From: Lytechinus pictus
Taxonomy: Eukaryota
Length of the DNA stretch: 64,000 bases
Reading direction: 5' to 3'
Assembly: GCF_037042905.1 (NCBI RefSeq)
Contig: NC_087251.1
Coordinates: 46,130,001-46,194,000 of the forward strand
Made by a program: the position numbers and the translations under genes. Below, piece by piece: positions 1-13,970 of this stretch (the stretch's first letter is position 1; the number at the start of each line of letters is the position of its first letter). The notes under the pieces were generated by a model that ran no database searches, was not told the origin of the DNA, and was given only the letters and a program-made list of their open reading frames with translations.

Positions 1-1400
1 ATATCGCTTCTCGAGTTTGTCCTCTGGCTATCGACACTGGACAAACTCTAGTCAAATTGACCTGGACTTCATTGACGGAGTCTCAAGAGCCCAAGTGCAC
101 TAAGTACTGTAATACTGAGGAAGTTCAAGGATCTTGGCACACCTGGGGCTATTAAAAACTATTAACCAGAACTCTTAAAGATAAAAATAAATCACTTAGC
201 AGAAATCAGAGAAGAGCCACAGAGCAATTTGTCTCTTACATGTAAATCTCTTCAAGATTTCAGACGATGCCAAAGCGATGACTGGGAGATGTTTAGAATC
301 TTTCCATATCATCATGATGGGATCGCCACTGATTAAATCCTCCTCCTTCCCCATCTAAAGGTCATTAAACAGCAATTAAGAGTCTATTCTAATCAAGAGT
401 TCAAACATCCCCACACATACAGGTCTGTGTAATATTGATGGTTAGAATCTGAATTTTTTTTTTAAGGACTCTAAATCTATCCCTACATGTAATAAAGATG
501 GGACAAGCTGCATTTCTTTGAACAAAAAGAAGGTGTGTAAATACTGAAAAAATGTATCATTAAATAATAGGATTGAAACTTCCCCTAAATAATGCAATAA
601 TGGAGGAATTATGATCCCTTTATTTTGCATTAATCCTATTCTTTCATTTTGAAATAAGCACAAGATCAGTATCATCACAACAAACTGCAAAGAAAATAAT
701 ACAAAATTTTAAATGCATACAGTAATATTTGGCCTAAATAGTTCACTAACCCCTCCCATGCCCTTCCCTAAAACTTAAATCAAAAGGTGGTTGAACTTTC
801 AAACAAAATGACAAAAATTCATAATATCTAACCCCTCCCTAAAAATGAAACTATAGGTGATTGAACCTGGATACCGAAAACAATTTGATTATTTCTTATC
901 ACATCAGCCATCCTTGATCATATTTTGCTTTCATGAAAACAAACTATACCTTGAAGGCAAATTCTTAGATCTAGGTGGGGTACCAATGGGATTGGTCTTC
1001 ACAAGGTGACTCAGCCAGCCTTCTTCTGCTGCCCATTAAAATTGTGGCGAAGGATTTTTTTTTAACTTTAAAGGCCAAGTCCATCCAGAGTTGGGATGAA
1101 ACAACAAGGGAAATCAAACAAGAAGTTACCAAAAATGCCCCTTAGTCTAAAAAAATAACTAGTTTTTAAAATGGAAATCATTTATGATTTAGGATTGTTA
1201 GAACATTATGATTAATTTTCATTCCAGCTGACATCCAAAGTGCTATACCACTCCCAATAATACACATTATCTTTCATTGTTAATCATCAGCAATGTTAAT
1301 ATTCTGCTTTCATATCTACTGTATAGTGCATATCTTATCAGATTAACGTCCCTTCTGAGTGCTTTACATTTACAAGTAAATTATTTTGTTGAATAATTAA

Positions 1401-1962
1401 AGGTCAAGTCCACCACAGAAAGATGTTGATATGAATCAATAGAGAAAAAACAAACTAGCATAATGCTGAAAAATTCATCAAAATCGGATGTAAAATAAAA
1501 AAATTATGACATTTTAAATTTTCGCTTATTTTTCACAAAATGCTGAGTTACATGCACGACTAACTGTCTGAAATGCAAATGAATTATACAATATTTCAAT
1601 TTTTACAGATTTGACAATAATGACCAACTTGACTGAACTATAAAATGTTTAAACAATGGTAATTTCACATGTTCAGGATGGAATAAAACTTTGTTTCTCT
1701 TGCCAATGGAGAGAAATTAGAATATTTCATTTCATATAATGAAATACAAAAGAAATAGTAAGTGGGTGATGTCATCAGTCCCCTCATTTGCATACATGTA
1801 CCGACTAGGATGTGCAAAAGATTTTTTAAGAAATAATGTGAAACTTAAAAGTGTCATAACTTTCTTATTTTACACCCGATTTCAATGAAATTTTCAGCAT
1901 TATGCTTGTTGGATTTTTCTCTTTGAAATCAAATCAACTTTTTGTTGGGGTGGACTTGTCCT
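1401..1962. mobile_element. Non-autonomous DNA transposon (TTAA TSD, AGG termini; Kolobok-like MITE family A), copy 1
   Basis: TTAA|AGGTCAAGTCCACC ... GGTGGACTTGTCCT|TTAA with long internal inverted arms. Homologous copies start at 16803 and 59805. Confidence 0.8.
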
Positions 1963-2659
1963 TTAACAAGGAGATTCCGTGATTTAAATTGATTTTGTCA
2001 TATTCTTTACCAGTCTCCTTTTTTAAATAAAATGTTTACTTCTAGATTCATTCATTAAGACAGCTAGACTAATAATAATACTGTTTTTGAAGGGGAAGGG
2101 GTTACTAAATTTTGAACATGGAGGAAGTAAAGTTTTTTCTGTACCTCAATGCTTTACAGAAGGACCAATTAATTGCTCATAGAGCTACATTTATCTGCTT
2201 CTAACTGTTTCATTTTTTATATAAAGCATTTCTACTGAAGATCTTCTTTTTTTTTACAGAAAAAACAGTGTGTAAAAATCAAATACACTGGATAGTAAAC
2301 AGAAAAAATGTTTCAAACACATGATTGTAAATAGATTTTTTTTTGGATAATTAGCAATGTTCTCATTTAAAAAGTTATTGGCAATTATAGTGCATGCCTA
2401 TATACATGTATACATCAATGAGTCATTACAATGCAGACCGTGAAATCAATGTCAATAAATATTGATTGGATGATGATGAATAATTAACTTCACTGTCTAT
2501 TTGTGCAGTCAAATAGTTTTACACTTGGTGTTCAATACCTACAGTACATGTATGTCTCCAAAGTATAAAATAACATAACATGTGGCAAAATTTGCAGAAG
2601 TCAAGAGATTTCATAGCCATTCAAAATGCTCAAGGTAAACCTTATAACGTTAACCTATT

Positions 2660-2840
2660 CGTGTGTGTGTATTTGAGTTTTGTCAGACATGTATCAATCA
2701 GATATGATTATTTACGTCTGGGACCGACCTTTAACGTCACCATCCGAAAGACGTGACCAGGGTTCGAACTTCGAACCTCTGCATCAATTTGTAACTTCCC
2801 CCACATAGCTTGGATTACAGGCGCACGCCACAACGCCCAT
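2660..2840 (-). mobile_element. Short interspersed repeat family B (SINE-like); other copies at ~29975-30210, 48270-48365 (opposite orientation) and 51840-51985
   Basis: Shared block TTTACGTCTGGGACCGACCTTTAACGTCACCATCCGAAAGACGTGACCAGGG in all four copies. Confidence 0.7.
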
Positions 2841-4724
2841 TCAAAACAGTCTTGTTAGTTGTACCTACATACAGGTAGTACCGTAAGAAGTGGTTGAGGT
2901 AAAGAGCTTACGGTATCGGGTATGACACAAGGTAGGACCTATTGAAAGACTATGCCATATTTGTTTATCTTCATAATATCACTTCTCCTTTTCACAATTG
3001 ATCCATCCATATTCAATACATATCTTTGAATAAATCAATAGTTTGCAACCTGCAGGTCCTTTCCTCACATGGCAGTCGATACGCTGGGCCTATATGATAT
3101 AAAGTAAGTAGGCCAATATGTGCTGTAACTCTAATCCAATAATAGTGATGCCAGGCTACACGCATAGCATTGCACTTTTCATGAGTATGATATTGATTTC
3201 TTTCCCATACAATCATTATTACATACAGGCTCTCCAGACAGTCTGCTCATGTCATGGATTATGGTGTTATTACATCCCAAACAAGTCATACATTTTTGAA
3301 TTAGCATCAAATCAATTCTTCTATTTAGCGTAATTAATGGTTGATGATCTTGTCTGAATAAAAATGGGTCTACTTTATAAACAAAAAAAAGGGGAGGCCA
3401 GTGTACCAGTACATCATCACTTCAGCGTTTAACTAGACCAAATCAATGAGACGGTGGTACAACCTAGATATTGCAATTTGTAACTTCATATGAATTCATC
3501 GATTGATTTGATCCACTGTGGAATGCCAATGGCAGAAAGAGAGAGTCAAAAATCGCCCTTTTCATTCTGCAACTGTCCTGCGGACTGCTGACCCAAGCAA
3601 TACCTTTTCCAGTCTGCAAACTTTGATAACTCTTCGGATTTATAGCCATGGCGTAATTTCCTCCAGCAAAAAATTTATCCACATTGTGCTGCACTCAACC
3701 CAGGTGAGGTGAATGGGTACTCGGCAGGATTAATTCCTCGAATGCACTGAGTGCTGAAAGGCAGCTCGAGCTAAAGCCGGGGTAATAATATTAATAAACA
3801 ATGCGCCTCGGAATAGATCATTTCCAGATAGATGGCGCTTTATATATATATATGTCTTTACATACATGTAACTTGAGATTATTGTCCTGAAATTTAGTCA
3901 GCCATAAATTAAATAGTGTATTTCTTTTCCAGGAAAAACATACACCTGTATAGGATTGAAGGGCAAATTCTAACATCTGTTATTTCAATCAATTTTCACT
4001 CTTATTGACATTAATTTTGGGTAGATACTTTAGCATGCATGTCTGCAACTCACTAACACAAAGTGATCTGAAGACTGACCAAGAAAACTGTTATTGTAAT
4101 ATTTACATGTATTTAACAATTCGCATTGTTCATTGCTCAAGTTTACCTATGTTAATTGAATAGTACATTTCACTGGAACTGAATAAATATTGAATTGCAC
4201 TGAACTGTCTCAGAGGAGTGGTATGACCTTCATCACATGATATACTTGAGAAAAAAACTTATTCCAGCAAATTCAATTTACAGAAAAGTGAGCAGACAAA
4301 TGATAATCTTTTTACAATTGTTTTCTTCTTATTCTTCTGACACCTCTGTTTCTTTCTCTGTATCTCTTTCTCTCTCTCAGTCTCCATGTTATTTATACCT
4401 TTATACCTTTATACCGGATCTACTGGAAAAAAACAGTTGTTTCTGCAGACAAGTTTCCAGGTCAATCTTGTATGTTGTCTTCCTATCTAGAGTATTAAAT
4501 TTCTCATTCTGTGTCTGTGCCTGTGTGCTGTTATTAATTAGGGAATAGGGAGGGAAATGAGCTGAGGCAGTGTGGGTATTCATCAGTAGGAGGTTAAAGA
4601 CAAAATTACGATAAAATCATTCATGGAAAAATAGTACTATTCATTCTATAACATGATAATTACTAATACTGATCATTGCATTAAAAATTTATTCAAAGAA
4701 TAACAATAAGGGGGGAATTATTAC

Positions 4725-5540
4725 CTTCTGACTTTTTGACATTGCTCCAAGAGCTTTCATCTCGTGCTTGAGGTGCTTTCCTTCATTCTGGCAGACATAA
4801 CAGATCGGTACTTTACACATTACACAGTACATGCTTAAGTTCTCTTCCGTATGTTCCTGGCATTTCGCTATCTTCGGTGGAGTCTTCCCACTTTTGACTT
4901 TCAGGCTTCCTTTGGCAGGGGTTACTAAGCTGTGCTTGGCCAGGGGTCCACGGGCAGGGTGGCAACTTACACGGCAAGCACTGCAGTAAAATACCTCGCA
5001 CTGTTCGCAATAAACCGCAGCAACAGCGGCATTTTGTTCACATAACTGACATTTTATGATCAGATTCTGTGCCTTGCCATACCGTGAAACAATGGACTCC
5101 AGAACTCTGTTTCTGGGGAAGCTGTTGACCCCCTTTTCATCTAGGAATATGATCCGATGACATTGTGGGCAGCTGATCCTCATGGTATCTGGATTAGCTG
5201 GTGTAAAGCCATTCTTACCGACCCCGCTGGAAGCACGTGAACTGGAGCTCGAACCGCTGGCCTGGCTGGGTGCATAACCACCAGCAAAACTCACCCCGCT
5301 GTCACCATCACTGAAAGCGCTCAGGCGGTCGGCCTCGGGGAAGTCAAACGAGAAATCGTACTGTGTGCCGGTTGAGTTCGTCGCCTGCTGAGGCTGCTCG
5401 CTTGATGCCGGTAAAACTGCCGTTCCGTTAACTTGTTGAAGCGATAAAACGCATGGAAAACATATATTATGGGTACATGGTAAAATAACTGGATTCGTAT
5501 AAAATCCTCTACAAGCGTAACACCGTAATTCCTCCTCCAT
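4725..5540 (-). CDS. TRIM9: TRIM9/TRIM67-like E3 ubiquitin ligase, first coding exon (RING + two B-boxes); the rest of the gene continues leftwards, with no further exon identified in 1-4724
   Basis: ATG at 5540 gives MEEELRCYAC...CTHNICFPC. The RING is split by a long Ser-rich insert and ends CPQCHR. B-box1 reads CQLCE...CEQCEVFYCSACRVSCHPARGPLAKH and B-box2 reads CQEH..ENLSMYCVMCKVPICYVC. The exon ends at a phase-0 donor AAG|GTAAT at 4725/4724 (816 nt). Confidence 0.9.
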
Positions 5541-8539
5541 GATCAAAATCCTTCACAGGTATCTTCTCACTCAAGCGATGACTCCTTAACCCGTCTCCAC
5601 GGCGAATCTGCATCTATTCTCAATTTTGAACCAGCGCGTTACACCTGTACGGTGGTAGACTTGCCGTGGGTTTTCAGTCACTCGCTTTCAAAGGGGCATA
5701 ACAAGGGTAACGGTAAAATCGATGAGATATGGATTGGAGTGTCTGTAAACATTACGGCGGACAACGAATCATTTCAAGATTGGCGCTGGTAACTTTAGGT
5801 ATCGCGGGTAAACAGTTTAAAAATAGTACTGGGGGAGCGATGTTCCAATAATCAATTAATAAAATATTATGAAAAGACCAAGGAATGAAAAATGGGAATT
5901 CAAATGTTAATTCAATAGTTTTTTTTACCATACCATAAAATGCATTGGCCTACAAAAAGTGAAGGGTGAATTATCGCAGTTTCCGCATCTATCATCATTT
6001 GGTCTTGATACATCTCTTTAGGAATTTAGGCCCATATATAGGCCTACCCGGCAAATCCCCCCCCCCCCCATTTAATTACGATGCGCACTCATGTTTCTCC
6101 CGGGGTTATCATTATAATTATTTTATTCATTTTTTTTTTTGGGGGGGGGGGTAAGTGCCCCTACTGTTTAATCCTCGATTCCTCCCTAAAAAAATTACCA
6201 AGAGCAGCATCAGTATGCAGAAAAGGGAAAACATAAAGGGAAGGGGGAGAGTAGGAGGAGGAGGAGATGAAGAATGAATAAGAAGAAGAAGAAGAAGACA
6301 GATATAGTACATTATCTGTCTGAACAATACCCCTTCCACAAAAAAGGTATTGTTTAATCTCTAAATCGATCTTATGGAACTATGTAATTGAGACAAAATG
6401 ACAAACAATGCCTCATACTTCATTGGATTTGAATCATTAAGTCTATAATTTGAATCTAAACCTTCATTGATTGCAATGCAGTTTAGAGTGTAGATTTGTT
6501 AATCCGTCGAATCTCAGTGCGGCGGGGCCTTACATGTGCCTGTGTCAATCACCATTTGTATCACTTTTCTAAAATATTTGTGAATTACACAAATATTACA
6601 CCTTTTGGTTTTTGTTTTCCTGGTGACAGAATTTTATGTGATATATTGATGTCAAATACTAACACCTTGGGCCTGATCCCGGGACTATATATAGTGCAAT
6701 TTTTGGGACTCGCTAACCGTTTTTCAAAAATTTTCAGCCTCAGTGTGGTTATCATCCCATTAGGTCTCTGAATTCAATTTATTATTTGTTATTTTCCGTA
6801 GTGTTTTTTTTTGTGTGTGTGCAGTTTCTCTGTCCTGTTTTGTCCTGTCTTGTCCTCCTCTGTGTACACTGTCTTTGTTTTTTTTTTCCTGTTATTAATA
6901 TTCCGTCTTGTCTTGTCTAATCTATATTATAAACACTATCTGAATCGTTGTTTTGTATATTTTCTTGTATTCCATGGGTATGATAATGTAGTAAGGATTG
7001 TATTAAGTTTTATATAGTGCATAAAGCATACGAAGCTCAGTGACCCCATAAGTATTTTTCAATTGAACATTGTTAATTTCTATTTGTATTTTATAAATTT
7101 TAATCAGTTATTTATTTCAGGGGACTCGCATAAACAAGCGATGCTTTCCAGTGAGTTCAAATTTTTTCATTTCTGTTATTCATATTCTGATTTGTTCCTA
7201 CTTACTTCAGTGTAAATTTGTTTGAAATGAAGAAGCATAAATTCAATCAATCAATCACAATAGTGTTCAAATCTAAGTGCGAAATCCTTGCTTCTGTCAA
7301 CCTTAACCCTTCATTCTTTTTTCTTTTTCTTCGTACATTTGGAATTTGTTTGGAGGCTCTTTTTTCTTTTAACTATTTTCGTCTTTTTTTAAAGCATTTT
7401 ATTTTCCACATCGTTTATCATTGTAAAGTATTATTATTTTCATTGCATTTCATATGTTATGCATATGAGCTAATGTTAAAGTGCATTGTTTTTTATTGTG
7501 TAGGGCCCCTTTGTAAATCAGTTTCTTAATTGGAAGGGCTACTTTGATGAAATAAAACACGAATAATAAAAAAATAATAATAAATAAATAGATAGATAGA
7601 TAAATAAATAAATAGATAGATATAGATAGATAGATAGATAAATAAATGAACAAATAAATAAATAAACAAATAAATAAGAGGGGCCGCGGAACGGTTTTCA
7701 AAGTGGGGGGGGGGGCTGACCATGCAAAAAAATCTCAATCATAATTTTTACATTTTTGTACTCGGTTTTGGAAAAAGGTGGGGGGCTGAAGCCCCCCCCC
7801 CCCCCGCCCCCCAGCTTCCGCGGCCCCTGAATAAATAAAGAAATTAAAGAAATAAATGAATATATATTTACATAAGAATGCAGGCCCGTATAGGTCTTGT
7901 TTCAGGGGTTCACAAGAAATTTGTAAAAACAATCTGACAAATCCAAAATCTTTTTTTTTTTCAAAAGTATATCAACTGGAATACCATCAACATTTTCCTC
8001 CCAGAAAATCAGACAAGTAAAAAAAAAAAGCAAACAAAGAAATACTATAAAAGAAAAACGCAATCGTTTCGGGGGGGGGGGTGATCATGCCTTTTTTTAA
8101 TGGCTCGGGAGTCGGAATGTATAGGCCAATGGAAGAGCAAGGAGAGGAAAGGAGCAAGACAAGAGCGGGAAATGTGGGAAAGAGAAAGGAAAGAGAGATA
8201 GAGAGAGAGAAAAAAATCGCAAACCTATGTTGTGCTCGATCGGAGATGGCGTCCTATAAATTTTTCTCCCTGACCGTATTGGCTGCATCAAAATTTGATT
8301 TTCACTCTGACTGTACAGGGACAGTAGTTATCATGATTATGTAATCAGCAGGAGCGGATCCATGATTTACCAGAAGGGGGGGGGGGGCACATTTTCCCGA
8401 GGAAAAATTTGACAAGCAAAAACAAAGGTTTTCAACAAGAAAATCAGAACATTTCGTCCACGAAAAAATTTGACAAGCAACAAAAAAAAAAGAAAAAAGA
8501 TCTTCACTTTCAAAGGGAGGGGGGGGGGCACAATGCTGT

Positions 8540-11500
8540 TTTAAATACATACAAATATTTTCTAGTGTATATAAGCTCATACATTTTAAATTGAAATTCC
8601 CTCAACCTACTGTTTAACGTGGATTTACTAGGTCTTACGAATATTGTACGAATATCGTTTTCAGAGAACTTATAGATTCTCTGCAGGTTCCCAAAAGCAG
8701 ATGATTCTTCAAATTTTACATTTAACATGGCCGTGTAAATTTTTTTGGAGGCAATACCAATCAAATATCAAATCAGTGTCTTCACACGAATTATTTTTCT
8801 TCAAAAGACCGTTCAATGTTAATGGAATATTATTATATAAGTTTATGTATTTCGACTTCATTTAACCCTTTCCTTTGAAAGTCTCTATTTGATCTAAATT
8901 CGCCTTCATTATCAACGATATGATGAACTTTATATATATTTTTCAGAAATACATTTCTTTTAATTAAAGTACATATGTCCATCGATTCGAATAAACTTAT
9001 TGTTAAATATAATTATATTTCGCTTACATGTTTCTTTTTTAAATAAAAATCTTTCATAACCATCAACATTTCCATCATATTTGAATAAAATCTTGCCAAG
9101 AAAAATTCGTTTGCCGAAATCAGAGAAACGTTATTGAAAAATAAAGTAGACCTCCAATCTCTCGAGTTTGGTATTTAAAGAAATGTTTCCATCTCATCTT
9201 AGAATCTCCGAGTATAAGTCTTTTCATCCACATGATTCTCTGTGTCTAAATAAACGAAAATCTATCATTTTAAGTCACATTTAAAAAACATTACATTCCG
9301 TTTAAGTTCGTCTTTACCATAGAAATTTAAACGTACACTGTTAAAAAAACACCTGATTTTACAGGAAAAAAGAGAGAGGATTTTGCAGAAAGCAATAACA
9401 GAGTCATTCTGTAAATTCATAAAATATGAATTTTTCTGCAAAATTAACAGAACAGGTCTGTTTAAAAAGGGGAAAAGGCTGTTTTATTCAAGGAAATTTG
9501 TAAGATTCTATACACCAAATACCAATTTCCTGTAAGATTATAATACACAATCTGGTAAGATTACAGGTGTTCTCGAGAGTCGAGACTCTGCTGCAGGAAC
9601 TTCTTTTATTTTAAGGATAAATTTTCTAACAATGTAAGCCTATCAATTTCCTCAAAAACCCACAGTGGAACTGGAATAAGGGATAAAACATAATTTAATT
9701 TTGAGAGTACAAACGTTTTAATCAATTGTATTTTGCCCACCGTGTTAACAGTCTTTTCATTTTTGCTTAGGATCTCTTTATAATTTATTATTTCCTGAAC
9801 CTCCACATCTAATGAGAAGGTACACTGCCAAAATTCCGGTGTTGATTTAACACCAGCCCGGAATCTATATCTGTCCACACCAGAAAAGTATTGAAACAAC
9901 ACCAGTTTGGAATCAAACCGATGCTGTTTTAATACTAATTGGTATTGTATAAACACCTTTCTGGTGTTAGACCAAAGCGAAACTGGTGTTGTTTAACACT
10001 TCTCTGGTGTGGACATATATAGATTCCAGGCTGGTGTTATATCAACACCAGAGTTTTTGCAGTGTAATACCCAATATTTGAATAAATTCTACTAGTTTCC
10101 CAAAAGGAAATGAAACTTTTTCTTTCGAGAGGGGTCCCGCAATAGTAATATAAAAGTCTTGTCTCTATTTATTTTCAAACCCTAAATTTTCGCATAACAT
10201 TCAAACAGCCTTTCTATTCTATTAATTAATGCGTTATCTTTAATAAAAAAGAGTCATATCATCCGCAAATAGCAGATGTTTCTTCAGACTCACCAAAACT
10301 TTTTTCCATGAATACCATGCAGAGTCTCTGCGAATTTTGTTGGCAAGGACTTCAATACATAGTATAAATAAATATGGAGAAATTTGGTCTCCTTGCCTTA
10401 CACCTCTTTCAATAGTTAAGTACCCAGTAGATATACCTCCATTAAAAGCTTAGTGCACCATTATAGATTGTAGATCCATCTATACAGAATGTAGGAGCAA
10501 AACCAAACGTGTACAAAACTTTTAGCAGAAAAATATGGGATACCGAGTCGAAGGCTTTTTCCAAATTTATTGCTATCAGATATCCCGGAATATTCTTATG
10601 TCGAGTGTAAAAAATCATGTCATCTATAAGCCTTATAGCCTCACCTATGTTTCTATCTTTAATTAATTGCGATCTAACAAGTCGGATTTTTCTTTGGTTG
10701 CCTAAAATATATTCTTTTCAAGGGTCAGTATATCTTTTTCTAAATTATCAATTGTATTTTTTTTTACGTTGTTTTGCTTTTTTTCTAGCGTATTTCCTAG
10801 TAAAATTACCTATTTTCATTTTCATAAAATCCCATAAAAGACGTTTATCAAGTACTTCTTTTTTATTTCTTCTTTCCATCTCAAAATTACTTCTTTATAT
10901 TTTTTTGTGTTTTTCATCATTATATAAACTAATTGCTGCATGATCCGGAGCAATTGACGGGACTATGTTACATGCAGTTTAGAACAATTTCCTCTAATTT
11001 TGTGGATATAAACCAATCATGATCCAGTCTACTCTGCATTAGCGGATTAGCCTGTCTACATGTAATTTTTTTTACCATTCATTTCCCTCTATATATCAAT
11101 TAAGGCATGTTCATCTAAAAATACTTCAAAACTAGAATTGAATCTCGAATGAATGCTTTGTTTACAGATCTAAGTCTTTATCCCGTATGGTATCAAAATC
11201 TCCTCCTATATTAAAATCGGAATATCTTTTCCTTTGATCCCTTTTAAAGTCTTATTAAAAGCATAAAAACAAACTATCTGTTCCAATTCCTTTCCACGAA
11301 CAGTTAAATACACATTCGCCATTACCGCAACCCTTGTATAACACATTCCATAATAATAAACCTACCACCATTTTCTGTAACCACCTTTAAAACTTGAAAT
11401 CTAATTTTGAATCAACCAATGTCATGACCCCTTTACTATGACAAGTTCCATGACTTAAATATGCACTTCCGCGCCAGTATTTCTTCCATTTATCAACAAT

Positions 11501-11650
11501 CTTCTGAACTATATGTCTCTTGTAAAAATATTATATCTGCCTTCTTTTCTTTACACCAATCAAAAATCCTCTGTCTCTTCAAATCCTCCCGTATCCCTTT
11601 AACATTAAAAGAAATAAAATTACAAGCTCTAGATGTACCTATCATATCAT
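8540..11650 (-). mobile_element. Decayed L1/Tx1-clade LINE ORF2 (APE endonuclease + RT), interrupted by MITEs
   Basis: Minus-strand remnants: FISFNVKGIR...IIFLQETY (APE start, ~11500-11625), EKAFDSVSH (~10550), GVRQGDQISPYLFIL (~10390), LFADDMT (~10265) and GKIQLIKTFVLSKLNY. There are many stops and frameshifts. Confidence 0.85.
9823..10064. mobile_element. Palindromic MITE with CACTG termini, flanked by TA, inserted in the L1/Tx1 remnant
   Basis: CACTGCCAAAATTCCGGTGTTGATTTAACACCAGCCCGGAATCTATAT at the left is mirrored by ATATAGATTCCAGGCTGGTGTTATATCAACACCAGAGTTTTTGCAGTG at the right. TA lies at 9821-22 and 10065-66. Confidence 0.8.
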
Positions 11651-11846
11651 GAATAGGATAAAAAAGGGCACCTCTACTTGTCCAATAAATTATTCCAAGT
11701 GATGGTGAGGCACTACAGAGATAATGCTCTTTGGATATTTTCTGGAGTTATAATTCTAATAACACTGGATAGGCTATGGCGCACACACAAACACCCCAAC
11801 ACACCCACACTGTACTATCACACTTGACATAAAAAGGAAAGCATAC

Positions 11847-11892
<46 letters not shown>

Positions 11893-12439
11893 GGACTCCG
11901 CCATTTTTAAAAATCAACATTAACACTATTATTATATATAAAAAAGGGAAAAAGAAGAATCCGAAAGAATAATCAACCAAATTCTGTGTTTTAGCATAAA
12001 CTTTGGTTTAAGCCCTTGTCCCAAAACTTGACGGGCTATCAATGTATGTCAAAGCCAGACTTAAGATCAGCTCAGACCTTCATATAACATTGAAGTGAGC
12101 ACATGCATGTACTATGTAAGAATGAACCAGCCACTTGCAAAGACTCTTGGAAAGACCCTTTCGTGCAATCGGCCCCCGGCTCAGATCCTACCAATAAAAC
12201 ATTTTTGAGGAGGATATCGACTGCAGCTGCGTCGGAAGACCATGCAAAAAATCACCAGGAGGTTTTGATGAAGTATACCATAATAAAGGTGAATGAAGCC
12301 AACACACATGCTTGATCAAACCTGTCTATAAAATGAATTGAGTATTACCAGCCTGAGTTTTTCTTTATAATGAGTTCGGTGCATCTTGGTGTCCCACCTG
12401 CAGAAAACCGTGTTAGCGAAATTTTAGTAACGTCTGTGC

Positions 12440-12570
12440 CTCAACTCCCGGCCGCAAGACCCGACCCCTTGCCTGTGTAGCCGCGGGTTAGACTTCGAGT
12501 TCGAGTGTGCTGGGATTTCATCAATGCGTCACACACAGTTTTGTGTTGATCTGAAACTGGTCAAGGGACG
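12440..12570 (+). other. Probable non-coding first exon / promoter region of DCAF4 (5' limit approximate)
   Basis: A locally CpG-rich stretch ends in a consensus donor ACG|GTGAGT at 12570/12571. A matching acceptor TTTATTTTAG at 13950 lies 20 nt upstream of the ATG. Confidence 0.45.
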
Positions 12571-13970
12571 GTGAGTTGATATAATTTCACTGAAAATAAT
12601 GATGACGATATTCACCAATCATGACATGGCATAGACAGCTGGCAGCCATCTGTTTCGAGGAGTTTTTTTAACATTTTTTTTTTTTTTAATTCTCCTCGTA
12701 CACAGACGGCTCGCTAGCGTGCAGCCACCATTAGGGGACTTGCAATGCGAAATCCCCCCGTCGGGGCTCTTCAATTTTTGTCTTTAATTAATAAAAATTT
12801 TGAAAATTAACGCAACCAAAATGCAAATTAATATTCCCTCTTGGCATTAATTGCCCCAAAACGGAGAAAAATCAAGTTAAAAGGAACAAAAACAGTGACT
12901 TACCTCGGCTGTCGCGCAAATTCACTTCCCCGTTTTATCCGATCTTAAGTACATAAACATATGGCCATTGAGTCCCCTGTACAGATCGCGCTAGAACTTC
13001 GGTCTCTGTATTTGGTGGGTGAAGCCAACGGAGTTCAGCTGAACAACCACTAACAGAGACCGAAGCTTTTGGTCTAGACATGGCATGAAAGGGTAGGATG
13101 GGGGTTCGGGTCTCCGGACACTTTGACTTTATATTTTTGAAGCCTTCTTTTTTGTCTTTGGATTACACTAAAAATATGAATTCAATAGTTGTAATCATCT
13201 TCTATTTTGTTCTCTATAATATTTCCTAACACTTTGTACTAAAAATTTATGAAACTTAGCTTGTAAATTTTTCCAAATGACTTTCTAAAATTGATCGTCC
13301 GGACACACAACCTGTCCGGACACACAACAACTGGGTATATGCCAATAATTACCATGAATCATGATTACCGGCACTCATTCAATGAACAATGAACAAGGTA
13401 CCGGTACCTATTTTGCAAATTTATGAATTATGTTAAACATGATCATGAACAGTAACAACTAACATACAATAACATGAATGATTAATGATGATAATGGTGT
13501 ATGATGATTTCACTTATTTAGAATAAAGTTAAGTTAGAGATGCAACATGCCAAAGATCTATTTCATATCTAGATCTGTAATCTAAATCTTCCCCATTGAT
13601 TCTGTGGTAATTAGCCTGATCACATTAACATGGACATGGCCTGGGTATGGTTAAGTCCCCCAAATTTCCCCCTGTCTCTGTATATTCAAAATGCATTTGA
13701 TTTGTATTTAGACTTGTGTCTGTCCTCCAAGGTATTGTCATATTAAAAAAAAAACTTCGGTTCACAAGATTTTCCCTCTTGATTAAATTGACTCGGGACC
13801 ATAGTCATAGAGGATTTAAATCTAATAATTGTAATTGTATTAATAGAGACCACTCAGACCAGACCTCCCAAAAAGTACATATTCAAATTATTTACCCATT
13901 ATAAAAATCATAATTTAAAATAAATTTCTATCTTTTAAAGTTTATTTTAGGGCTTCCCAGATCTTCAGAG

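Noticed and set aside
1..1060. Possible further TRIM9 exon or LINE remnant
   Set aside because: No coiled-coil, FN3 or SPRY peptide with splice sites was recognisable. Any retroelement similarity is too decayed to support.
4689..4724. ORF-track tail VIIPPLLLFFE of TRIM9
   Set aside because: It lies past the GTAAT donor and is intronic.
5966..8344. Short Phe/Leu/Ile-rich ORFs, also at 22492, 31489 and 49649
   Set aside because: They are translations of microsatellites, pyrimidine tracts and LINE 3'UTR scraps with no domain signal.
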